64,000 nt of DNA from Tetramitus jugosus. Lineage: Eukaryota; Protista; Heterolobosea. Position 1 is the first letter of the stretch. Each line of letters opens with the position of its first letter. Below, piece by piece: positions 33,312 through 46,947 of this stretch. The notes under the pieces were generated by a model, which made no database searches, had not been told where the DNA came from, and worked only from the letters and a program-made list of their open reading frames with translations. The stretch is taken from the NCBI GenBank assembly GCA_937625935.1, contig OW569379.1:248001-312000 (forward strand), in the 5' to 3' direction. The translations under genes were made by a program, and so were the position numbers.

Positions 33312-34985
33312 TCAATACATGAAATATGTCGCTATCATTGTGGCAATAAAGAAGGATAATGTGAGGAGATTACTCGGCGATAGCACACCAGTTCCTGAAA
33401 TACCAGTGTAGTCTCCCGTAACCGCAACTACCCCAAACCATGTCTTTTTATCCATAATATCAGCCGCAGTTATCGAGGCGGTAATAGTTCCGCCTGAGAT
33501 CCTGGCCTTTGGAACAATAGTCCATTTGTTATCCTTCATTATCAGTAGCTGCAGTGTTGACCTATCGATTGGAACTCCATAGTTCACGCGGTTTCCTCTG
33601 TGATCATATTGCACTTTAAAACTAAATTCCAATGTGTCGCTAGGGATGAGTAATTCAAAGAAGACGAGCGATTCATTCTTTGATGAGTCTGGCAGACCAC
33701 CACCAACGGAGTACAATGGGTTTTCAGCTGTTAATTGCAACACCTGGGCTACGAACGGTCGCTCAACCTTATCAAATGAGAAGGTGGCGAGTGGATAGGC
33801 CCGAGAGGAGTTCACTCGATTGAATAACCCGGCAACATAGGGTACATTGGCTGGAACAAACACATCTTTGTATGGAATAATGGGAACTGTGGATGGAAGA
33901 CCGGACGGTTGTTGAGTTTCCACTTGAGTTAAGTAGATATATGTTTCTGTTTGACCTGGAGAGAGTTGAGGTTCCATGTAGAAGACGTAGCCATTCCACG
34001 ATGTTTTCACTGCAAAGTAGGTCTCATATTCGTTATCGTACTGTAGTGCTACAACTGTACTTTTGACACTGAAAATGAGATCTGCGATTGCACTGTTCTC
34101 AGTCATATCATAAATAAGTTGACTGTAGGTAATCCTTGGACTCGTGGTCGTGTTGCCAGTAGAAATTGCATTTCCTTGCGATTCTGTCACCAACTTGAAT
34201 CCCAGGTAGTTTTTGGTAGAACTGTCAAATCGGATTAAACCCTTGGTCATTGCCGTGCCTGGTACCAGTTTCTTCATTTGCTCGACGCTCACTTTCCAAT
34301 CTCCGTCAGATGTCAAAGGATTGAACATCGCTTTCAACTTGTTGGAACTCTTTCTGTCCTTTACAGAGAAGTAGTTGTATTCTCCGGCTGTGATAGCCTG
34401 TTGTTCAGCGTAGGCAGTTTCTTTTACTGGTGGAATCAGCACGGCTATGGTTTCGGTTGTGTATTTTAAGTCGATCAGGGAAGAGGCACCTTGAATGGCA
34501 TTGGAATCGATGGAGTTAATCGTGGTGACCGAGTTGAATTGCATCCAAGTGGCCTCATCTGAGTTGTAGAAGTAGAATTTGATTCCCTCTGGTTCAAGTA
34601 CTCTCTTCTTGAGATCAGTCTGAGAGAACGAGTATCGCATAACGACATTGTAGATTGGAGCTGTATAGGTCTCAATTGGATCAGCTTCTCCAGTGGGATT
34701 CCAACTAATAGCGAATTGAAAGATACCTAGTGAAGTAAAGCCAGGAGGCAGATATTGTTCCGTTGTAATTTTTGAAACAGTGAGTTTGAAGTCAGACTGA
34801 GGTTTCAAGAACTCGAGATAAAGTTTCTCACTCTTTGTGTTGGATAACGTGTATTCTTTGACAACTCCTTTCTTTACAGTGAATTGCTTGCCGAAGCTCT
34901 GAGCATTGACGAGTTGCATGACAGCAACCATAAGCAGACTTAGTACCAGAATAAATTTCACAGAAAATTTTGCCATCTTATCCAT
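33312..34985 (-). CDS. Secreted/surface protein of unknown family, probable GPI anchor
   Basis: N-terminal signal peptide, cysteine-free beta-rich body, C-terminal small-residue stretch plus hydrophobic tail with no cytosolic extension. Confidence 0.75.
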   Translation of the reverse strand: MDKMAKFSVKFILVLSLLMVAVMQLVNAQSFGKQFTVKKGVVKEYTLSNTKSEKLYLEFLKPQSDFKLTVSKITTEQYLPPGFTSLGIFQFAISWNPTGEADPIETYTAPIYNVVMRYSFSQTDLKKRVLEPEGIKFYFYNSDEATWMQFNSVTTINSIDSNAIQGASSLIDLKYTTETIAVLIPPVKETAYAEQQAITAGEYNYFSVKDRKSSNKLKAMFNPLTSDGDWKVSVEQMKKLVPGTAMTKGLIRFDSSTKNYLGFKLVTESQGNAISTGNTTTSPRITYSQLIYDMTENSAIADLIFSVKSTVVALQYDNEYETYFAVKTSWNGYVFYMEPQLSPGQTETYIYLTQVETQQPSGLPSTVPIIPYKDVFVPANVPYVAGLFNRVNSSRAYPLATFSFDKVERPFVAQVLQLTAENPLYSVGGGLPDSSKNESLVFFELLIPSDTLEFSFKVQYDHRGNRVNYGVPIDRSTLQLLIMKDNKWTIVPKARISGGTITASITAADIMDKKTWFGVVAVTGDYTGISGTGVLSPSNLLTLSFFIATMIATYFMY

Positions 34986-35166
34986 CAGTTGTTTTGGTTG
35001 TTGCTGTTGTCACTGTTGGTTGGAGCTTTGTAGGCCACGATGTTTGTTGGATCCTGTTTCAGTGCAACAAGTCAGATTTTGCCCATATAATATTTTTATC
35101 CAAGAAGAAATGCGACATCCAACGAAAAAAGATACTGAGGGACATAATGAACGGAAAGCAAAGCCT

Positions 35167-38100
35167 TTATGATTGTGCGACACGAGGCTCCACAATAATG
35201 GATCTGGCCCACATTTCTTCTTCATTTGGTAGCTTTTTGAAGAGGACTCCAATGAACTGATCGCGAACGTACGACACTGGTTCGATCGGATAAGGAGTTT
35301 GTTGGTGAACTCTGATTTTTAGAATGGTTGTACTCATGAGTCGAATCTTGGACACGTTGACCATTCCTTGCTTGCTTGCGTCGTTTCCATCATCCATGAA
35401 GATTAAGTCCTTCAAGTAAATGTGGATCGGTGGTACACAAGGACCAAACACCTCCTTGAACGCATCTCTCATGTTCTTGGATGACGAGAGAGGATCACAC
35501 AAGTCGGTCAACTGCTTTCTGATTGCAACGTGCTCAGGTGTAATACCCTCATACGTCTTTTTCAATCTGTTCATAGCAGTGTTGTGCAAACCACTCTGAA
35601 TGGCTGTCATACCATTAAAGTTGTTCAGTTTCAGCATTTCGTAGGCAATTTCAAGGAATTTTCCAATGAGGACTCTTCTGAGCTTGACATCATCAGCCAT
35701 CAGTACTGTTGCGGCCACATAATCAGACAACTTGTTCCATCGATCAGTCAAGGCAACCAGATTCGGAGCAATCAAGTACTTGCTACTCTTGGTCCAAGCA
35801 CCACCCATAAACTCCTTTGGCTCAATCTTTTTAAACACTTCAGAGTCCATGAGAGTCAATTGCTTTGCAAGCTCCAGAGAGCTCCATTCGAGCAATTGGA
35901 ACTTTCCATAGGGTGTAAAGTCCTTTGGCAGAACTGCAGGTGGCAAACTCTCAGAAAACATGATGGCTCTGTTGACCTTTTCGTCATCTCTAATCATCTT
36001 GGCCGATAGAGCCTTCTTTAAGTTTGCACAATAAGTCTTGAATGTATCAAGAGCTGCAATTTCATCCATGAACTGAACTAATCTACAAATGAGGGTGTTG
36101 TCGAAATCCATGAAATATCGATCGACCCACAACTTGATTGCATTGCTGGATCTCAAAGAAGTTTTTAGGCCATCAGTGTCATTGCTTTGTGAGGCCATGT
36201 GGAATCTCTGGATCAACTTCTCAAGCAACTCGGTTGATTTCACAAATGATCGATAGGTCAGGAAGAACACTTCAATAAACTTTGGATCAAAGTCCTTGGA
36301 CGATGTCGTGACTCGTTCAATTAACTTGTCAATGGAAGCTGCCTTGATTACTCCATTATCAACTACAATATTGGCAGGATTATCAGGCTCCAATACCAAT
36401 TGCTTGATCGAACCCACCATTTCTTGCAATCTTGGCTCATAAGGCTCCATGAGAGCTCTGATGCACTCCGAGGTCATGGATTGATATGGATCGTTCTTTG
36501 GAGGGAAATCTGTGTACTTTAACAGAATACCCATACTCCATTTCCATCTGTTATCACGAGCACTCATAGATATGGTCTTCGTGAAGAATTTGACCAAGTC
36601 ACAGAAAGCAGGCAAGAACAAGTGTCTGTTCAAGTCAGCATCATCTCTCGTCGTGTCAAAATACTTGACAAAGAACAAAATGATGGCTTCCAAGGTGACT
36701 GTGTAAATACCGGCTGCCTGTCGAATCTTATCTCTCATATCACTCAGGAATAAATTCATAATATCCAAAAGAATAACCTTGCAAGATATGCGCAGATATG
36801 TTCTCGAAACATGATTACTTGATGGAGGATTTGGCTCTTGCATATTGATAGTCACAGTATTAAGAGCAAGGGTCAACAGCTTGACAAACGATGACAAATA
36901 GACTGGAGTTCTATTGTTCCACAAGTGTTGCAATCCCTCTCTTCTTCTATTCTTCAGAATCTGTAGCACAGACATGGCCAATCGTTCAACAGTGATCGAG
37001 TTCATATCTCTAGTGTAAAGGTCTAAGTCCTCAATCAAACTCTCCACGAATGGCATAAACAACTCTGAGATTATATCTCTGCTTGCTTCATCGTTGTACT
37101 TGGTATCAAAGTCAAGCTTTGTCAATAGTTGACTCAGCACATCGACTGCTCTCTGTTTGCATTCCTTGTTCGTTCCCTTCATCGACTTCAAAACAACCAT
37201 AATAATATAGTTGATGATAAACTTGGTCGATGTGTTGGCAGCGAACTCAATCAGGTTCTCATGATCAGCAAGCATCTCAACAAACTGTAGTCTCATCTGG
37301 ACCATGACACTAGACAGTTTGATTTGAGTTGATAGCATGTAATCTTCGAGCATGCCGTATACGTGGATACGGAACTTGGAAACGCCCCGGATCTCAGGCA
37401 AGAAGGAAATGGTGAGCAAGTCTCTGATGAATAGAGCCAAATTTTGGTTGACATGTTGCACTAGTTGTCTATCTGACATCAAGTCCTCCTGACTCATATT
37501 ACGTGATGTGTTAGTCTCATTCTCAATATCAATCATCGTCTCAATAATTCTTCTCTGGACAGATTTGATTGGTTGGAAGAAGTAGTCCCAATCGAAATGA
37601 ATGAGCTGCGGTTCTTGTTGAACGGAGAGAGTCAAACTCTTGGCGATCAAATCATACAGGAACCATGACAATTGGAGAGTGTCACGAACAGTGACCGACT
37701 CTTCTTCGTCATCGAAATCTCTGAATATGTGAGATTTTCTCTTACCGAACATGGACAAGGTACGAAGTTTTCTTGTCACAGCCTTGGCCTCTGTACCGTC
37801 TTTCTTCAGTGTATTCCTCCTTGTACTAGCTGATGTGTTAGGTGTAGGTGGGGTGCCTGTGGATGAAGATGGAGTATTGGAGTCGAGTGGAGAATCGTTG
37901 AGCACACGAGACTTTCGATCGACTTCTTGTTTGTTGAAAAAATCAAAGTAGGCCTCCCATCGCTCAGCAAGCATCAAGAACACAGGATTCAAATAATTGG
38001 TTGGATTCTTGTAAAAGTATTGAATGTAGCCGCTGAGAACAGAGTCACGATCGTCCACACGCTTTGAGTCTCCATTCTTTGACGTCTTACGATAGATACC

Positions 38101-41100
38101 ACGCAAGAGAGCAATCAGTGCTTCAAATCCAGTGTTCAACGCATCGGTAACAGCATCTCCCGTCTCGGTCTGATCAGGCGGTATATTGGCAATTAGACTG
38201 GCAAGAGGTGATAAGCGTCGTTGAGGACTCTTCATATGACTCATGCAATACAGCAACAGATTGATAAATGATGGTCCATAAGGCACAATTTCTTCCCACT
38301 TGGACGTCTTGAAGGCACCCAAGTTCTTGACAGCTGTCTGCAGCAGCATCTTGTTGAAGAAACTGCTGAGATTCATGGCGGTACCACCCTTCTTGTCCAT
38401 CAAATTGTACGAATGTCTGATGAGTCCAATGGCTTTGGAATCCTGAGGGTACAATGAACTCTTGAGAATGACGTTCATTCGGAACACTTTCTTGCCATTG
38501 TTGTAGGTATCTAACTTGTCCAAGTGACTAATATACTCTTGTGTCAATCTCTTGTACACTGGCAGTTTCAAGTATCCGTCTTTGATTGGTTCTTCATCTT
38601 GATCTGATACCAATTTAAGAATCGAGTAGCCCAATAGGTTGACCGATGTTTTTCCAATGGATGTCAATGGGTCATCCTCTTGATCATGACTCTTCTTGCT
38701 TGCCTTCTTGTTCTGTTGGCAGTTCACATGATAGAATTCAAAGACGAGATGATGGTCCTTGTGCAATGGATTCGGTAAATCGATGCGGAACTCATTGAAG
38801 AAATGTGGATACTTCTCGTGATAGGTCACCGAACTGTGTTCATGTGTCTTGAACAACCGAATACCACTATCGGACCTATAATTCTTTGAGAAGATGCTTG
38901 GAATGGCTGGAAGGCCTTCATGATTAAACGTGGATGATCCGACTTGGTCCGTGTCGCGAAGCATGACACGAATCGCAATGTTTCTTCCGTCCTTTGATCC
39001 AATATTGTTGAAATTCAAGTTGTCTGGATAAATGTACAATGAGTGCGCATATTTGACAAGGAAGGGTGAAGGAGCGCTCGACGGTTGTCTGTTGTCGTCC
39101 ATGGATGGAACCTGGTGCAAAGAACGCATCAAATCATAATAGTCATCCTCGATTTCGAACGCAGAGGATCTCAGAGCCTTTGGACGCTTCTCCACACGTT
39201 CATCAAATCGCCTTCGGTCCTCCTCTGATGCCAATGGATTGTCATCGTTGAACAAAATGTTTTCCAAGTCTTCTTCCGTCTTGATTTCAGTGATTGTTGT
39301 GAGGAACATGCCGTCAATGGATTTGAATGTCTTTCTCTTGGCTTCATCCATCAATTGCAGTGCCATCTCTGTAAAGTTCAACCGTTCTTTGCCACTCGAC
39401 TGCAACGGATACAGTTTTCTGAATGACATTGTTCCTTGAATCAACTGAATGGATCTCGAGTTCTCTTCCTTGATCTTTGAGAAGGAGTCTTCGAGTGACG
39501 AAGGAGAAGCAGAACTACCAATGCTGTCTCTGTGAGAGAATGACACTCGTGATTTCAATGACTTGGCAAACATGGCAGTCGCATTGGCAGAGTGTGCCGC
39601 TGTGGCGTGTCTTCTGTCTGAAGGATCTGTCGGTGTCCCGCCACCACTGCTTGTAAAACTCGTAGAATTCGCAGAGTGGATGGGCGTTGGAGTTGCAGGA
39701 CTAACGGTGGAAGTGGTTGTTGCCGATGTTGCTGTCACAACTGTTGCATTGGTCACATTGGTGGTACTGCTGCCATTGTTATTGGTAACAGCAACAATCG
39801 AAGACAATTCTCTCTTCAAATCACTCTGTGACTTGTTCTTTGCTTTGAACAGTGGTTTACAGGTCCAGAACAGTGGTTGACGGAACTCGTCCAAGCACTC
39901 CCATGCCTCACGAATCTTGGCCTGAATGTTCTCCTCGTCCTTTTTTGACAACTTTTTCTTTGGCTTCTTTGTGTAGTGATCCAATCCACCACCCTGCTGC
40001 AAAATCTTCTCTCCAATAATAACCAAGTAAATAAACGGACTAGGATCAATAATGGAGAAGATGGCATGTGGTGGTATCATTCTCTGTGGGTCATTGTGAT
40101 GATGGTACATGCCCATGCGCAACTGTTGAATCATTTCACGAGAAATGCCCAATTTTGAACCATCGCTCGGCACATTGAACGTACAGTGAAACATTTCAGA
40201 GACGCGCTGATTGGTCGACAGATCCAACAAGAACATGCTCACAAACATGGGTTCCAAATTTCCCACCTCCAATTGTAATTTCTCCGCTGTTACCACAATT
40301 CTCTTCACGTCGGTGCGAGCACGGTAGGGCACAGGTGCCAAACCACGCTTACAAAACTCTTGTTCTAATGGTACATAGTGAAAATCGGGATCATAGATGC
40401 TGAGTAGTCGATGAGGCACTTGTTGATACAAATCTTGATCGTACATGTTGAACAACAAGTGTAAATCACCTGAACTGTTGTTGCTGCTGCTGCTGCTGCT
40501 GGATAAAGAAGCACCGTTTGCATCATCTTGATTGCCCACTACGGAATCTCTAAAATTCATTGTTGTTGCTGTTGTTGATTGTATGTAGTCAGCAGAGGCA
40601 GAACCAGAGAGCAATGAAGAACCGAGTAGTGAATGACTGGGTAGTGAAGTAGAGGAGGAGGATGACGTGGACGATGATGACAGTGTATCAGATGCTTGTT
40701 GCTGTTGTTGTTGTTGTTGAGGTGAAGACATGAAACTCACAGAGTGATTTCCACTGCTACCAACAGATGACAGTACTCTGCTATTGTTGCTATTGTCCAT
40801 GGGAGAAGAAGAAGATGGCATAATAGGTGCAGCATTACTCACTCTACCAGTCGTATTACTATTACTATTACTTGATGATGATGACTGTTGTTGTTGTTGT
40901 TGAGAATGTGTAATGCTCCGATGATTGACACGCTGTGCATCATGTTCACTCAAGTCACAGTGTATGTACGGTTCAGAGACCCACTGCGGTGGAGTCACAG
41001 TCACAAGCTCCTGATCAAACAAGTGATGATGTGCATAGTAGAGATGTGGTGAATCATGTTGAAGAGAGTCTTGTGCGTTGCCACGTACATCACCATACAA

Positions 41101-41606
41101 GTGAGGTTGTTGGAGACTGCTGGGCAGTGTGATACTACCAATGGGCAACAACTCTGAATTCAATGGAAATTGTTGATTGTGTGAGAATTGGTCATCGATG
41201 GCTCTCAAGCTCAGAGTGTTGGACACGAATCCCTTGTCTTGTTGTTTTTTGATTTCCTCTGTTGTGTATGAAGTGTGTATGATATGTGTGATATGTGTGA
41301 TGTGTATGTGTGTATGATATTGTGTATGTATGTGAAATGTATATATGTGTGAGTATTGATTGTTGTTCGTGTATGGCTAGTATCAAATGATAAATACAAA
41401 ATAATAATAATCAAGTGTAGAAATCCTAACCAACCTCTCTTGTGATAAATTTCAAGAACAGTTTTCAAGATATTGTCAGGAAAGGTTCTGAGTGCGCGAG
41501 CAAACTCTGTCAAATCTAAAACTGAATTATCATTGCTATTATTATTATTTGCATTGTTGTTATTGTTGTTTGCGTCTGATGTATTGTTGGTATTGTGTTC
41601 GGTCAT
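35167..41606 (-). CDS. DOCK-C/D-like scaffold (DHR-1 C2 domain) fused to RasGEF (REM + CDC25); exons about 41606-41435 and 41237-35167
   Basis: DOCK-type motifs EPMFVSMFLLDL...VSEMFH, LYIYPDNLNF...RNIAI, VTYHEKYPHFFNEFRIDLP...HHLVFEFYHVNC; RasGEF motifs IKAASIDKLIER, FFLTYRSF, ELAKQLTL, LNNFNG, PCVP...YLKDL. First exon and intron 41434-41238 are tentative. Confidence 0.88.
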
Positions 41607-42349
41607 ATTATTAGAGGAATGTTATGTTATTGTTGTGGTTGTGGTTGCAGGGCATCGAGAGCTCAGTGAATATAAGTGCTGAATATTTGTGAAAATACGC
41701 GTATGATCTTTTTCGTTATTGTGGTGATGGATGTTTTTCGTTGTTGTTCAAGAGTCTGTGCGCAAATAAGGACGACTATCGAATATTGTTGTTTGTTGTG
41801 GTTTGATATCAAGTGATGTGTGGAAAAAGGAAAAGGAAGAAGAAAGAATATGATGGTTATTGTTCTCTTTCTCTTGTGTGTTGTTTTGAGTCCAATAATA
41901 TTAAGATGTTACAATCAAAAACTGTTGGTGAGAACAATCAATGGAAGACCAACAACAAACACATAACAGGTGAAATTGTAATGTGACATGCCCTTCTGAC
42001 ATTTGATAAGTGACATATACATTACCGCTGATATCGGAGTAAATGGTTCCACTTTATTTCGGGACTGCTGTAGATGGTCTCCGATCCGGGTGACGTTTGA
42101 CCAACTGTCTTCTGAAAATCCCACAAAAAACAGTGAATCCTGCTGTGTGGTCTCCCAAACAAAAACGTCGAGTGACACACATAGATAACGCCACCTCAAC
42201 AACAACCAAACAAACTGAGTTTCCAAAACGAGCAGACACCCAACGTGAGAAACAAAAAATAACAGTTTGAATTTTTTTGTTGTTGTCTACACAAAACGAA
42301 CCGAGTATCTTTATCATCACAACCACACAAACAACAAACGACAAACAAA

Positions 42350-45300
42350 ATGAGTTTTTTATTTAAAACGGCGAAACGTGGCAGTTCCAAAAGTTTATCG
42401 AACAAGAACAACAACAACAGCAACAATAGTAACAGTAGCAGTAATGGAGGGAGAGATAGTTTGGGTCAATCATCATCACCTCAATATCAACAACAACAAA
42501 CTTCATCACTGAACAACAACAACAACAACAACACTTCTTCTGTCAATGAGAATAATGGTGCCATTCATGCACCTACACCTGCTGATAGATACAGCAGAGT
42601 TTTACGCGTATGTGTGTTTCTTAATTCGTTTTTTTATGGTTCTGCATGCAAAATTGCCGTTATCTCACCATGATTTTTTATAATAATAATAATACAATAA
42701 CAACCATTTGTAGACAAAGGAAGATTTAACACCAGAGACAGCCACCAAGGTCATACAGAGGTATTGGCTCCTGTGCAAAAATCGTAAACAACTCAGCAAA
42801 CAGTTTCATCAGAGAAAGAACATTATGGCAGAGGTGATCAAGACAGAGGAGACATATGTCAATGATTTGAAAACCATTGTCGAAGTGTATCACAAACCGA
42901 TTCAGAAAAAGGAATTGATTACAGCCAAACAGTTGGGAACAATCTTTGGTCACAGTATGTATTTTTTCATTATTCATTGTTCATTGTTTGTTGTATTCCA
43001 ATTGTTTTCTCAAAAAATCTGACATCATCATCATCATCATCCATTACAATTATTTTTTTTCAACCATGAATGTCCATAGTTTCCATGATTTATAACTTGA
43101 ATCAAACATTCTTGAATCGATTGCACGATGTTCAAGTGAGTGAACAGAAGAGATATGAGCAACAAAAGTCTGCCATTGACAAAAACTTGGGCATCCATGA
43201 TCAGCCATCACTTCAATTCTCTCATCACAACAGTGTCCATGTCAACAATAACAACAACAATAATAATAATAATAGTAACACGAATACATTGACCACTGCA
43301 ACACCAGCATCTGTCTCACCATCCAACAACAACAATAACATGTTATCGACATCGTTGCCACCACATTCATCGACTCTATCGACTTCAGCAACCTTGGCAA
43401 CAACACCTCCCATGATGAGTCATCATGCATCACTCATGAACATGTCATCCAATAACAACAACAACCATCATCAACAACAACAACTCAATCATTCCCTGAG
43501 TAGTGATAGTATTGATCTTCATGCACCACTTCATCCCAACAATAATAACAATGATAATAATCATAATAATAGTCATAGTAATAATAATGGTAGTAACAAT
43601 AGTACAAAAGATTCGTCTACGAGTGGAGCATTGACAGCGAGAAGTCGAATGTCCAATGCAGCTCACTTGATCAAGATTGAAGCGATTAAAACGGTTGAAA
43701 AAGTGAAGAAGCATGACAAGAGTCAAAAGTCCGATTCATCGAAACCCGCTAGAAAACTAAGCAAGCGATTGTCCTATGGTGCCAACAAGAATCATTCATC
43801 ATCATCGGAGAGCAATGAAGAAAAGGCGTATCAAATGTTGAATGCACCCAACAATCACAATAATAGCAATAATAGTAGTGGTGGTGTTGGCAACAACAAC
43901 AACAACAATCATTCATTGGCACTCAACCTGTCACACAACAGTATCAACACCAATATCAACAATTATAGCAACAGTGTGAACAACAATAATAGTGTGACAC
44001 CTCGCAGTCAACTCATCAAGAATCGATTTGGAACAGCATTCAAAGAAACGATTCCATTCATGAAACTGTACACGGTGTACATTAACAATTATGCAGAGAT
44101 TTTGGAATTGTTGAGAGAGTTGAGAAAGTCCAATGCACAATTGGATGCCTATCTCAAGGAATGCAAGAAGAAGAGATCAGAGTGCAGAAACATGGATATC
44201 GTGTCGTTTTTGATCCTGCCCGTACAACGTATTCCTCGTTATCAACTCTTGTTGAGAGAGTTGTTGAGAAATACACCTCGTTCCTATGCTGACTATCAGC
44301 ATTTGATTGACAGTTACTACACGATTGTATCGGTGGCCAATCATTTGAATTCAATGAAGAAGAAGAAGGATGGTCTAGCAAAGACAATTGATGTTCAAAA
44401 GAGAATATCCAACTTGGTTGATGATTATCAATCATTGATGGAGAGAATCCATGGTAGCAACAACAACAACAACAACAATAATAATAATAATAATGGTGGT
44501 GGTGGTAGTGATGGCAGTATAACGACAGATGGAGCTCCATCCTGGCAAGAAACATTGAATCGATACAAAATGTACAAGAATAGTCTCATTCAACCGAATC
44601 GTCACTTTGTTGATGAAATGAAGATTGAATTGAGAAGATTGCACGGTAGTTCCATGAACCAAGAGTTGGTTGATACGAACAACAGTAGTAATGGCAGTAG
44701 TAGCACTGGTGAGTGGAGAGTGTATGATGCGTACTTGTACACGGACATGTTGATGATGATTCTGTTGGACAATGGTGCCAATGGTGCCACCATACTGAAT
44801 CACGGCTCTCAGACACCAGTGGACGACACAGATGACCCAATCATTCATCATCATGTCAGTGGAAAGAACAGCTCTCATCACATCAAACTAGCAGATGAGG
44901 ATCTAAAGTCCGAAGGGCTCGTCTACAACTTGTTCCTCTGCTTTACGATATTTGAGTCATCGTCCAACACGACCAAGAGTCTCCAGCTGCGGTACATGGT
45001 CGGTGAGCACACGTATGAGCTTCGATTCAAGAATAGTGAACCATTCCAAAAGTTTTGTCAACTCGTTCAGAGTCAAGTCAACGAAGAGAGAGACAAACTG
45101 AAGAATACGATATTTGATCGAACGTTGGAAGATGAAGATGACTCTCGTGATGTCGATCATGCTCAACGTATCGCACACAACACCATGAACGAGCTTCAGA
45201 TTACCATCAAGAAGAAGCAGAATGCAACTAATTTGATGATCAAGGGCAAGAATGATTTTTGTATGATTCGTCTGAGGTTTGATGAACTGAAGGGTGAGTA

Positions 45301-46909
45301 TGACTCGTTGAGACGAAAGTTGCAAGAGGCCAGAAATCAATCCGAAGAGTCACAAATCAACTCTCAGAAAGATATTTTGATTATTGAGAAAAAGTTGTCA
45401 GAGGTGGAGAATGTGCTGAACGAGTGCATGGAACGAATGAAGCTAGGATTAGAGACGTTGAATGGTTATTGTCAGACCATGAAGGATTTGGATCAGATTC
45501 TATTGACATGTCTGAGAAGTGACAAGATTGCGTTCCAGTCCATATTCACAACAATCGATGTCATGAAGGACCTTAATCAATCACTCGTGGAGCATCAAAT
45601 GAAAGTGTATCAACTCAAGATTCAACAACGGAGACAGAACAAGACCAATAGCAAGTCTGAACCGGTTGTTGGCAAGGGCAATGATACAACGACTGCGGTC
45701 ACTCCCAGTACCAACAGAGGCAATGAGGCTGTTATTGCTACAGTTGCTTCTTCCTCTGTTCCACCACTGAATCCACAACTCGGTTCAAACTCGGATGGCA
45801 CCACCAATGGCGAAGTCATGAATCAAATCTTCTTGCTTCAACAGGAGAAGAAAACCTTGCAAGACAAAATCATTGATCTAGAGAAGCAAGTTCACCAAAG
45901 AAAGGTGCTGTTTGACAACTCGTGCAAGGAGCGAAGGAAGCTAAAGCAGGAGTTGGACGATCTGAAACATGGTGGTCACATCAGGTCTTCACAAATGATT
46001 GTCGAGCCGCCTGCGCCGTCATTCACCGAAGATCAATATAATGAACTGTTGTCCCAGATTTCGTTGTTGAACAACACTATTGACGGCCTACAAACTGTGA
46101 ATGGTGGACTCTTGCAACAAATTGAAGAGTTGAAGAGTACATTGGCATTGAGAGAGTCAACTGACAAGTTGGCTGATCAACAACAAGCTCAACAATCACC
46201 GGATAAAACGATTGAGGAAACTCAGAGTGACAATCATGTCAACAAACAAGAGCCCGAGTCCCTTGTCTCTGATCCACAACAACAGGATGAAATTGTTGAA
46301 TCACTGAAGCAGAACAACCTCGAGTTGGAGAGTCAAGTTGACTTGTTAAAGTCAGATGTCGAGAAACACAAGAACCAGATCAAGAGCATGCGAAAGAAGC
46401 TCAAACGATCAAATACCTTCTCATCTAAGACACTGGATGCCAAGGATGACAATCTAAGGGTTCAACTAGATATGAGTCGTGAGAACATAAAATTGGAACG
46501 ACGCGTATCAGAATTGGAAGCAATTGTTGACGAGCAGGAGGATTACAAGAGGAAGTTTGTTGAGTTGCAACAAATGTTCCTCACTGAGAAATTGAAGTTT
46601 AATGAAAGAGAGCAAGAGTATGAACAAAACATGAAGGATGCAGAACAGAGAATTCAAAAACTCAAGTCAATGGGTCAGAGATTGGATGTCGATGTTCATG
46701 CTCCTATGGAGAGTCCATCAAGACAGGATGTCGCCCAAAAGATTCTAATGTTCAGTCGAAGCGAATCGAATCTCACACAAGGCAATCGCAGAAAGACATC
46801 ATCAGGTCAAGAAATCAGCGGAACGAAGGCGGAGCGAGTAGACAAATTAGAGAGAGTTCTTTCCCAAATTGCCACTCTCGCGCAAGAATCGCTTAAGGAC
46901 GCTGTGTAA
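42350..46909 (+). CDS. Dbl-family RhoGEF (IQ-like motif, DH, degenerate PH, long C-terminal coiled coil); exons 42350-42607, 42714-42954, 43080-46909
   Basis: EVIKTEETYVNDL, FMKLYTVYINNY and LILPVQRIPRYQLLLRELLRNTP DH motifs; introns 42608-42713 and 42955-43079 (both GTATGT..TAG) keep the frame. Confidence 0.88.
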
Positions 46910-46947
46910 TTGGTTTGTAATAAAATGTAGCATTTATTGTGGGCGAT

